Shown: in pieces, positions 28,107 through 36,043 of the stretch
Position numbering within the stretch: the first letter of the stretch is position 1
Layout of the letters: every line of letters starts with the position of its first letter
Origin: Phycisphaerae bacterium SM23_30
GTDB lineage: Bacteria; Planctomycetota; Phycisphaerae; Sedimentisphaerales; SM23-30
Length of the DNA stretch: 50,768 nt
Assembly (NCBI GenBank): GCA_001303695.1
Contig: LJUC01000001.1
Coordinates: 1-50,768 of the forward strand
Reading direction: 5' to 3'
The notes under the pieces: model-generated
What the model saw: only the letters and a program-made list of their open reading frames with translations
What the model was told of the DNA's origin: nothing
The model's database searches: none
Position numbers and translations under genes: made by a program

Positions 28107-28640
28107 ATGTTCCAAAGAAATCCCCGGCGGAGGGCATTCAGCCTGATTGAGTTGGTGATAGTCATCGTAATTTTAGGCATCATCGCGGCTATTGCCATCC
28201 CCCGAATTGGCTCGGGAAGTAGAAACGCCGGCGAGTCGGCCCTGCGGGCCAACCTGGCCAGCCTCCGCAACGCCATTGACTGGTACTATGGCGAGCATCA
28301 CAACGTCTATCCGGGCGCCAATCCTGACGGCCTGGGGGGCGGGGCCGATTCGGAAGCCGCTTTTGTTAGTCAGTTGACCATGTACAGCGACGCAAATGGC
28401 AATGTTTCCGCTAGTAAAGATCCTGCCTTTCCCTTTGGGCCTTACATTCGCGTTGACATTCCCGAATTGCCCGTAGGGGCTAATGCCGGCCAAAATACGG
28501 TTACGGTGGTGAATCAGGCCGGTCCTCTGGTAGCCAATCCTGGCGACGGTAACGGCTGGCTCTTTAACGCCAACACCGGGCAGTTCATCGCCAATTCAAC
28601 GGATGCCGGCAGTGACGGTGTCACTTATGATTTGTACTAA
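28107..28640 (+). CDS. gspG: major pseudopilin (GspG-like, prepilin-type N-terminus)
   Basis: AAGGAG at 28093-28098. N-terminus MFQRNPRRRA/FSLIELVIVIVILGIIAAIAIPR. GspG-like LASLRNAIDWYYGEHHNVYPG. Followed by its own terminator. Confidence 0.8.
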   Translation: MFQRNPRRRAFSLIELVIVIVILGIIAAIAIPRIGSGSRNAGESALRANLASLRNAIDWYYGEHHNVYPGANPDGLGGGADSEAAFVSQLTMYSDANGNVSASKDPAFPFGPYIRVDIPELPVGANAGQNTVTVVNQAGPLVANPGDGNGWLFNANTGQFIANSTDAGSDGVTYDLY

Positions 28641-28697
28641 TCAGACTTAGTTGGCGAATTAATACACTTATTTGTGGAACTCATGACCTAAAGTCCG

Positions 28698-28746
28698 AAA
28701 ACAGGTCCTGGAGCGGCGGCTGTTTGCTGTCCGGGACCTGTTTTTT
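28698..28746 (+). terminator. rho-independent terminator after the major pseudopilin gene
   Basis: Stem CAGGTCC (28702-28708) pairs with GGACCTG (28734-28740) and can extend inward. Followed by TTTTTT (28741-28746). Confidence 0.55.
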
Positions 28747-28790
28747 CTATGTTTAACCAAACTTGTGCAAAACTTTAATTTTTATCCATA

Positions 28791-29342
28791 ATGTTTAATA
28801 CTGCGAAAATATTTTTTATCAAACCAAAAATCAGGAGCGGCTTTTCCCTGGTGGAACTGGTGATAAGCGCTTTCCTTGTTGCCCTCATCGCCGGAGCGGT
28901 CAGCTTGGCCCTGTATCAGTCCCATCAGCACAGCGACCGGACCCGCATCGACCTGATCCGGTTACAGCGAACCAACAAAATCCTGCAAACCATAGCCGAA
29001 GACTTGCGCTGGGCCCGGGAAATTCTGCAATTCGATGAACAAACGATAAGTTTCAGCACTCCTGATCCTGATAATATCGGTGCCACCTTGGAAATTACTT
29101 ATCAGTGGAATGAGTACCAATACGCCCTGTATCAATCGGTCGAGGGAGATTACCCCGTCTTGGTGGCGGAAAATGTTAACTTCTTTATTTTCCAGGCTGA
29201 TGTAGTGGAAGAAAAGTTGGGCCCCAAGACATATTCTTATCTCCGCGGCGTGACCGTAACCATACAGATAGGACCCCATGTTAACGACGGTTTGCAGCGA
29301 TACATCGAGTGCTATAACCGGCCCGTTTATCAACCGGAATAA
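28791..29342 (+). CDS. minor pseudopilin (prepilin-type N-terminal cleavage/methylation domain)
   Basis: Leader MFNTAKIFFIKPKIRSG / FSLVELVISAFLVALIAGAV, with Glu at +5. Confidence 0.7.
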   Translation: MFNTAKIFFIKPKIRSGFSLVELVISAFLVALIAGAVSLALYQSHQHSDRTRIDLIRLQRTNKILQTIAEDLRWAREILQFDEQTISFSTPDPDNIGATLEITYQWNEYQYALYQSVEGDYPVLVAENVNFFIFQADVVEEKLGPKTYSYLRGVTVTIQIGPHVNDGLQRYIECYNRPVYQPE

Positions 29343-29344
29343 TA

Positions 29345-29824
29345 ATGATTAATAATCTACATGACTATCCTTTTAACCGTCCGGGTATGTCATTGGCCGA
29401 ACTGATCATCGTCCTGTGCATCACGGCGTTGTTGGCTTCCATTGCCACCCTGACTTTTAGCGGCATGACCGGTCGAGCCCAACTGCAAAGCGCCGCCGAT
29501 CGCCTGATAAGCGATTTGCGCCTGGTCCGCGACCAGGCGCAGAGTGATAAAAAAACCTACACCCTCCAAATTAAACCGGGTCTGCTGAGCTATGAGGCGC
29601 CAGGTGTTTTTGATATTAATAACGAGCGAGATATTTCCGTGAACCTGGGGGATAGTTACTATCGAATTAACGCCATGATTATTCAACTGGATAATGGCAG
29701 CAGTATCTCCTTTGACAAGCGAGGTAAACCCTCTTCGGTCGGCAATATAATCCTGCGCCGTGGTTTAGATAAAATTACCATAGTGATAAACAAGGTAGGT
29801 AGAATTGAGCAAATTGATCCCTAG
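29345..29824 (+). CDS. minor pseudopilin, GspH/FimT-like
   Basis: RPG/MSLAELIIVLCITALLASIA prepilin motif. ADRLISDLRLVRDQA resembles the GspH/FimT helix. Starts 2 nt after the upstream stop. Confidence 0.65.
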   Translation: MINNLHDYPFNRPGMSLAELIIVLCITALLASIATLTFSGMTGRAQLQSAADRLISDLRLVRDQAQSDKKTYTLQIKPGLLSYEAPGVFDINNERDISVNLGDSYYRINAMIIQLDNGSSISFDKRGKPSSVGNIILRRGLDKITIVINKVGRIEQIDP

Positions 29825-30419
29825 AAACAGCAATATTCGCCGTAAACTTGTCGGGACAGGATTATCATATGTCGAGGTCCTGCTGGCCTCGGTTATTATG
29901 GCGGTTTTATTGGTATCAGCGGTTCGGATTTTCGGTAATATCGGTCGTTCCAGCCGAATGGTTGCCGATCAGGATAGCGCCGCGAGGCTGGCCTTGGAAA
30001 TGATCCAGGAAATAAAACAGCTCCCCTATAAAGATCCCGCCTCCGCCATCCAGGGTGATTTGGGTCCCGAAACCGACGAGAAAGGCTCGTACCGCAGCTT
30101 ATTTGACGACGTCGATGATTACCACGGCTGGTCGGCATCTCCCCCCCAGGACCGTACCGGAGAGGACCTCATCCCGTATTCCCACCTTACCCGCAACGTA
30201 AAAGTTTATTTCGCAGATGCCGGCAACTTCAAACAACCGGTCCTCTCTGACGAAGGTTTCAAAGCCGTCGCTATAACTATCAGTCAAGCGGATAAAACCC
30301 TCGCCCAGCAGACTTATGTTATTGCCGATGTAGCGCAAATTACTATTGATAAATCCTTGCCGACACCAAAACCAACCTCACTACCGCCGGATGATGGTGA
30401 TAATGATATCAATGAGTAA
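29805..30419 (+). CDS. minor pseudopilin (GspI-like size and N-terminus)
   Basis: TTG start. LVGTG/LSYVEVLLASVIMAVLLV prepilin-like motif with Glu at +5. Overlaps the upstream gene by 20 nt. Confidence 0.6.
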   Translation: MSKLIPRNSNIRRKLVGTGLSYVEVLLASVIMAVLLVSAVRIFGNIGRSSRMVADQDSAARLALEMIQEIKQLPYKDPASAIQGDLGPETDEKGSYRSLFDDVDDYHGWSASPPQDRTGEDLIPYSHLTRNVKVYFADAGNFKQPVLSDEGFKAVAITISQADKTLAQQTYVIADVAQITIDKSLPTPKPTSLPPDDGDNDINE

Positions 30420-31608
30420 ACATAAAAGAGCTAGCATTTACATCTTAACCCTGGCTTCAGCGATGGTGCTGGTGTCGCTGGTTTTAGGCCTGTCTTACTT
30501 GGTCATGCAGTCGCGCCGCAGCTTACGCACCAACGCCGAAATCGACCGGGCCCGCGTTTATGCCGAACTGGGTATCTACCACGCCCTGCATTTTACCGCC
30601 GTCGAACCCAACTGGCGCCAGCTTCTTCCCAGCGGAATATGGCTGCAGGACGTCACCGTTGATCAGGCCACCTACTCTGTTTCCGGGATCGATCCGGTAG
30701 ATGGAAATCTGGCCAATAATCAGGTAGATCCGGTGGATTTGATCTGCACCGCCGCGGTCAACGGCGCCCAACATACCCTTCAGGTTCAGGCCCAAAACGC
30801 CCCGTCGGAACTCTTGAAATATGCCCTTGCCGCCGGCGGCTTAATCGACATCAATAATCACGCCCGCATCGAAGGTGATGTATTCACCAACAGCAATATT
30901 GATAAATCCGGCGGCGATACCTGGGTCTTCGGCGACGCTGAAGCGGTGGGGTCTATTCATGAAACCGCCAACATCACAGGTGAGATAACACCCGGCGCCG
31001 CCGCCAAAAACTTCCCCGACGACCAGGTCCTGGTTAATTATTATCTGAACCATGCCACACCAATTCCCTTTATAAACCAAATCCAGGAAGTTCTAATAAG
31101 CCCGATCTCGAATCCCCTTGGCCCGATCAATCCCGAGGGACTCTATATAATCAACTGCACCAGCCAGAAAATCGTCATCCGCAATTGCCGCATCGTAGGC
31201 ACCCTGGTCCTGGTAAATCCCAAAAGCGACAGCGAAATCAAAGACGCCATTAACTGGCAGCCCGCTCTGGCCGATTACCCGGCCCTGGTGGTGGTGGATG
31301 GCGCCGTAAAGATTCAACCCAATATGGACCTCGATGAGAATAATCTCAAAGTTGATTTTAATCTGCCGGGTGAGGATGGCCAGGGCGAAAATTATCAGAC
31401 TTTTCCCAACCTTATCTTTGGTCCGATATACTGCCGCGGCAATTTAGAACTGGGTAACTCTGTTAACGTCCAGGGTCCGGTTATCAGCACCGGCTTTCTC
31501 GTCTTAAAAGATTACGCCAAAGTCACTATCGTGCCGAATTATTATCATCACCCTCCAAAATATTACCGTGAAACCTACCTCGCCCCCATCCGCGGCACCT
31601 GGAAATAG
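30412..31608 (+). CDS. PilX/GspK-like large minor pseudopilin (no Glu+5) with repetitive beta-rich C-terminal region
   Basis: ORF 30346..31608. ATG 30412 overlaps the upstream stop (ATGAGTAA). MSKHKRASIYILTLASAMVLVSLVLGLSYLV resembles the PilX_N/GspK hydrophobic N-terminus and lacks the cleavage-site Gly/Glu pattern. Confidence 0.5.
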   Translation: MSKHKRASIYILTLASAMVLVSLVLGLSYLVMQSRRSLRTNAEIDRARVYAELGIYHALHFTAVEPNWRQLLPSGIWLQDVTVDQATYSVSGIDPVDGNLANNQVDPVDLICTAAVNGAQHTLQVQAQNAPSELLKYALAAGGLIDINNHARIEGDVFTNSNIDKSGGDTWVFGDAEAVGSIHETANITGEITPGAAAKNFPDDQVLVNYYLNHATPIPFINQIQEVLISPISNPLGPINPEGLYIINCTSQKIVIRNCRIVGTLVLVNPKSDSEIKDAINWQPALADYPALVVVDGAVKIQPNMDLDENNLKVDFNLPGEDGQGENYQTFPNLIFGPIYCRGNLELGNSVNVQGPVISTGFLVLKDYAKVTIVPNYYHHPPKYYRETYLAPIRGTWK

Positions 31609-31778
31609 CTTATATACCATCCAAAATCATCCCCAATCATCTCGATGGCCGCTGTAAGCATCTGAAATTCAATATGTTACATGTTTTGCTGGCCGTTTCC
31701 CCCTCCCCGTTATAACCGTTTAAGTTGAGTTCGTTGACTAAATAAATCCATATCCAATAAAACAACTATGAATTTTAA

Positions 31779-31808
31779 TTGTATTTTTTCCCTCTAATCT
31801 GATATAAT
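31779..31808 (+). promoter_or_regulatory. sigma70-type promoter with extended -10 (TTGTAT-18 nt-TGATATAAT)
   Basis: TTGTAT at 31779-31784, then TG at 31800-31801 followed by TATAAT at 31803-31808. About 105-nt leader to ATG 31922, which has AAGGAG upstream. Confidence 0.5.
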
Positions 31809-31921
31809 ATTGTCGAAGTTTTGCATTCCACGGATGGTAGCAAAAACGACCAAAATTGGGTGTTCTTGTTATCACCCACTATGACCCTGGACCTTAATTT
31901 ATAATCCAAGGAGAATTCGTC

Positions 31922-34900
31922 ATGAGGCGCTTACGTCGAAAATTCGCCCAGGCTGCTGGTGCACATTCAAACTCACCTGTTCCTGGCCCAAATCCTCTTC
32001 TTAATCTGGAGACCTTGGAGCCGCGGGTACTGCTTAACGGTACGCTGCCGGGGTCGGAGCATTCATACGAGTATGGTTGGACCGACGCCCTTGGCGGCAG
32101 CGGGAGTGATATCTCCTACGATATCACCCTGGATTCCCAGGGTAATATCTTCCTGACGGGATATTTCCATGGCACCGTTGACTTCGATCCCACCGCCGAA
32201 TCGGATAGTCACACCTCGAATGGCAGTTCCGATGTCTTTGTTACTAAGTTAAACAACGACGGCAGTTACGCCTGGACCGTGACCTTCGGGGCAGGCGACA
32301 GTGATTGCGGCAAGGCCGTGGCGGTCGATCCCGATGATAATGTCTTCGTAACCGGCTCTTTCTTGGATACGGTGGACTTTGAAGACGGAGAAGAACTTAT
32401 CTCCAATGGCAATGCGGATATCTTTGTTGCCAAGTTCCAACCTGATGGCACCTTTGAATGGGCGGTGTCTTTTGGTTCTGGTGGTTGGGATCAGGGCAAC
32501 GACATTGCCGTCGATTCGGCGGGAAATGTCCTGGTGACGGGCGAATTCACCGGTACTATTGACTTTAATCCTACAGGCGAAGGAGGTGAACGTACTTCCA
32601 ATGGTAGTATCGATATTTTTGTTACTAAACTGGATAGCAACGGCAACTATTCTTGGAGCCACACTTTCGGGGGAGATGATGTCGATAGAGGCTACGCCGT
32701 CGCGGTAGATGCCGCGAACTCAGTATATATAACCGGCCGATTTGGTTTAACGGTTGATTTCGATCCCGACCCGATAAAAGAAAAAAAAGAAACTTCAAAT
32801 GGCGGTTATGATGTTTTTATTACCAAAATCAATGCCTTCGGCATCTATAGTTGGACGGAAACCTTCGGCGGTGCAGGTTGGGATGAAAGCCGCGGCCTCG
32901 CCCTCTTCCAGGTGGATGACGACAACTGCTATGTCTATGTAACCGGGGAATTCTCTGAAACCGTCGATTTTAACCCTACCGATGATATGGATAGTCATAC
33001 CTCCAATGGCTTCAGAGATATTTTCGTCACCAAAATAACAGGTGGTAGCCATTACGAATGGACCGTCACCTTAGGTGGATCGCATAGTGACTATGGCAGA
33101 GACCTTGTTGCGGACGCTCAGGGAAATGTGATTGTGACGGGTGATTATGAGGGCTTCGTCGATTTTGATCCCGCCGGGGGAACAGAAGATAATTATACAT
33201 CAAACGGCCTTTCGGATATTTTTATTACTCAATTAACCGCCGACGGCTCCTACGGCTGGACCGCAGCCGCCGGAGGAATTGGAAATGACACAGGTCTTGG
33301 GGTGGCAGTGGGGCCCGCACCTGCTGCGAACATCTTTGTCACGGGTCATTTTCAAGAAACCGTGGATTTCGATCCCAACGATACCACTGATCTGCGAACC
33401 TCATCCGGCGAACACGACTTTTTTGTCACCATGTTGGACCCTAACAATCCACCCACCGCGGATTCTTTGACGGCATATCCTGATCCGGTGGCCCGGGGTG
33501 ATCTCATCACTTTGTCCGCCGTTAACGTTGTAGATGCCGATGGAGACATTGACAGCGTCCGCTTCTACCGAGACAACAATAATAACGGCCAGTTGGATTT
33601 GGACGCGGATGTCTTTCTGGGAGAGATCAGCGGGGAGTCTATGGCCTTTGATTGGACTGGTACGACCAGCAATTTCCCTCTTGGCAACAATACCTTTTTT
33701 GCTCAAGTACAGGATGACGACGGCGCCTTGAGTAATATTGTCAGCGTTACCGCCTGGATTAATGAGCGGCCTTCAATCGCTTTCCTTTCCCATAGCCCTT
33801 CTGTGGTGCTGATCGGCGATGACCTCACCTTGACCGCCAACAATGTCGTTGATACTGATGGGGTAGTCACCAGTGTCGAATTTTATCGGGATGCCAACGG
33901 AAATCACAACCTGGATCTGGATACCGATGATTTTCTCGGAATGGGTATCCAAAACGTGGATGACTTCTTCTGGATCGGATCGACTACTGGATTCAATATT
34001 GGAACAAATTATTGCTTCGCCCGGGCCCAGGATAATGATCTGGGCTGGAGTTATGCCGCCAGCAACGATGTTTTGGTTTATAATCCGCCTACCATGGACT
34101 CCCAACTCCTTGATGCTCCCGACCCGGTGGTGAACTTGGGTGAAAACCTGACGATAACCGCCGTTAATGTCCAGGATGGCGATGGCAATGTCCCTAAGGT
34201 CGAATTTTATAGAGATATTAATGGTAACCAAACCCTAGACGTGGGCGTAGATGATTTATTGGGTGTTGACACCGATGGATCCGATGGCTTCTCCTGGACC
34301 GGGCCTACCACCGGCTTTAATATCGGATTAAATCTGAACCATTATTTCGCCCGGGCTCAGGACGATGACAATCCCAATGCCTTTAGCAACATCGCCGCCA
34401 CTACCGGCAGAGTAAACGATCGACCTTCCATCGATCTATCTGCCAATCCTGACCCGGTAATTCAAGGTTTTCCTCTTATGATCTCTGCCATTAATGTCAG
34501 CGACAGCGACGGATACATCATCCAGGTTGATTTTTACCGAGACGATAACGACAACGACGTTCTCGACTTTGACGCCGATACGCTGATAAAACAAGATACC
34601 GACGGCTCGGATGATTGGTTCTGGTTTGGAGTAACCAGCGGGTTGCCCGTGAAAACCCATCGCTACTTTGCTCGGGCCCTGGATAATGACGGCGCCTTTA
34701 GCGACGTCGCTGCCGTTACTTCAACCGTTGAACACTTTAGCATTACCGCCGGCCTGCCCAACAGCAAAACCGTCAAATATATGGACTCCGATGGCTCTGA
34801 GGTTAAGCTTAAACTCGAACGAGGTACCGCCACCTTGTATTTTGAAGGCGATTCCCTCAGTTCCTCGGTCAAGGGAAGCACCGTTACCCTCTCCGACAAA

Positions 34901-36007
34901 GCCGATCTAATTAAGGTCCAGCTCCTGAACACCGATCACCGAAGCAGTTTATCCTTTATCGTTAAAGGAGGAGATGGTCAAACCACTCTGGCCGGGCTCA
35001 CCGGCGGCACCCTCAATAAAATCACCGGTAAAAATGTTGACCTGATCGGGGATATTGATTTAACCGGTTCCCTGAGTTCTCTGATCTTGGATGACATCGA
35101 CCCCAACGTCTCTATCAGCACCCAGCTTCCCTCGGTTAAAGGGTTGAAAGTAAAAGCCGATCAAATCGCCGATGGAGTCGCCTTCAATATCGCAGATGAC
35201 GTCAAAAGCTTTCAAGCCTCCGCCTTTGCCGGCGGTTCGGTTACGGCCGATATGATAAAATCTGTCAAAATTAAGCAAGGTCCGCTGGGCGCCGATCTGA
35301 TCTCGCAAATCGGCCCCATCGCCAAAGTATATGCCTTCGGCAACATTGAAGGAAGTATAGACTCCGCTGGGTTCGTCAAGACCATTACCAGTAAAACCGG
35401 CGGCATCGGCCCCCAGACGCTCATTACCGCCCAAGACGGTTATATTAGCGCAGTTACCGCTTCCCAGGACATTGCCGGAGGTATCATAGCCCACGATTTC
35501 ATTAAAAAAATCACCTCCAAAAAGGGTGATTTCACCGGCCTGGCCCAGGCCGGCCTGGATGTCGCCAAGATTCAGGCCCACAATTTCCAAAACGCGGTAA
35601 TTGCCGCCGCTGGTGATCTAAAGAAAATCATTGCCAAAGGCGATATAGATCAATCCTTCTTCATGGCGGGCTACGATATGAGTTACGGCACTATCCAGGG
35701 AGTCGGAGACGGTGATGTCGGTTCCATTACCGTCCGGGGCGCCTTCAGCGATAGCTTCATCAGCGCCGCCGTCCTGCCGCCCGTCCCGCAGTTAATGGAT
35801 GTCCTGCCCAATGTGGCCCCGCCCTATATAGGATTAGGCTACAGCGGTAATATCGGTAAGGTGAAATTCGGCGCTATCGACATGAACGCCGACGATGATT
35901 TCGGTCTCTACGCCGCCGACAGTATCAAACCCGTCAAAGTCGGTAATGTGACCTTTATGGATAGCGACCCCCTCTTGCACTTTATGATAGAAGACTTCCT
36001 GGGTTAA
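31922..36007 (+). CDS. giant (1361 aa) exoprotein with LEPRVLL N-terminal motif, 7 SBBP-type beta-propeller repeats, 4 tandem Ig-like repeats and a conserved C-terminal module
   Basis: AAGGAG Shine-Dalgarno. N-terminus MRRLRRKF...LLNLETLEPRVLLNG without a hydrophobic core. Seven repeats of the pattern G..D.g..vAvD..GNvfvTG.F.gTVDFDP....h.SnG..DiFVTK. Four ~107-aa repeats (33449-34735) sharing V.FYRD.NgN..LD...D.lLG...F.ARAqDdD. C-terminal 401 aa homologous to the C-terminus of ORF 6386..11704. Confidence 0.85.
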   Translation: MRRLRRKFAQAAGAHSNSPVPGPNPLLNLETLEPRVLLNGTLPGSEHSYEYGWTDALGGSGSDISYDITLDSQGNIFLTGYFHGTVDFDPTAESDSHTSNGSSDVFVTKLNNDGSYAWTVTFGAGDSDCGKAVAVDPDDNVFVTGSFLDTVDFEDGEELISNGNADIFVAKFQPDGTFEWAVSFGSGGWDQGNDIAVDSAGNVLVTGEFTGTIDFNPTGEGGERTSNGSIDIFVTKLDSNGNYSWSHTFGGDDVDRGYAVAVDAANSVYITGRFGLTVDFDPDPIKEKKETSNGGYDVFITKINAFGIYSWTETFGGAGWDESRGLALFQVDDDNCYVYVTGEFSETVDFNPTDDMDSHTSNGFRDIFVTKITGGSHYEWTVTLGGSHSDYGRDLVADAQGNVIVTGDYEGFVDFDPAGGTEDNYTSNGLSDIFITQLTADGSYGWTAAAGGIGNDTGLGVAVGPAPAANIFVTGHFQETVDFDPNDTTDLRTSSGEHDFFVTMLDPNNPPTADSLTAYPDPVARGDLITLSAVNVVDADGDIDSVRFYRDNNNNGQLDLDADVFLGEISGESMAFDWTGTTSNFPLGNNTFFAQVQDDDGALSNIVSVTAWINERPSIAFLSHSPSVVLIGDDLTLTANNVVDTDGVVTSVEFYRDANGNHNLDLDTDDFLGMGIQNVDDFFWIGSTTGFNIGTNYCFARAQDNDLGWSYAASNDVLVYNPPTMDSQLLDAPDPVVNLGENLTITAVNVQDGDGNVPKVEFYRDINGNQTLDVGVDDLLGVDTDGSDGFSWTGPTTGFNIGLNLNHYFARAQDDDNPNAFSNIAATTGRVNDRPSIDLSANPDPVIQGFPLMISAINVSDSDGYIIQVDFYRDDNDNDVLDFDADTLIKQDTDGSDDWFWFGVTSGLPVKTHRYFARALDNDGAFSDVAAVTSTVEHFSITAGLPNSKTVKYMDSDGSEVKLKLERGTATLYFEGDSLSSSVKGSTVTLSDKADLIKVQLLNTDHRSSLSFIVKGGDGQTTLAGLTGGTLNKITGKNVDLIGDIDLTGSLSSLILDDIDPNVSISTQLPSVKGLKVKADQIADGVAFNIADDVKSFQASAFAGGSVTADMIKSVKIKQGPLGADLISQIGPIAKVYAFGNIEGSIDSAGFVKTITSKTGGIGPQTLITAQDGYISAVTASQDIAGGIIAHDFIKKITSKKGDFTGLAQAGLDVAKIQAHNFQNAVIAAAGDLKKIIAKGDIDQSFFMAGYDMSYGTIQGVGDGDVGSITVRGAFSDSFISAAVLPPVPQLMDVLPNVAPPYIGLGYSGNIGKVKFGAIDMNADDDFGLYAADSIKPVKVGNVTFMDSDPLLHFMIEDFLG

Positions 36008-36043
36008 TTTTGGACAATCTTATAACTAAAGCGCGCCGCGGCT

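Noticed and set aside
30412-31608. Considered as a possible secretin or outer-membrane component, because the cluster lacks one
   Set aside because: It has a single N-terminal hydrophobic helix of the PilX/GspK type, is only 398 aa, and has no secretin-like C-domain pattern. It is better explained as the large minor pseudopilin.
33449-34735. Tandem ~320-nt repeats considered as a possible CRISPR or satellite array
   Set aside because: The repeats are in frame within a long ORF and diverged at the DNA level, and they encode a conserved protein motif. No short direct repeats with unique spacers exist anywhere in the window.
35060-35590. 176-aa minus-strand ORF, plus similar ORFs at 32249..32662 and 33773..34231
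   Set aside because: All are antisense to giant protein B. The repeat-rich Asp/Gly coding creates long open antisense frames.
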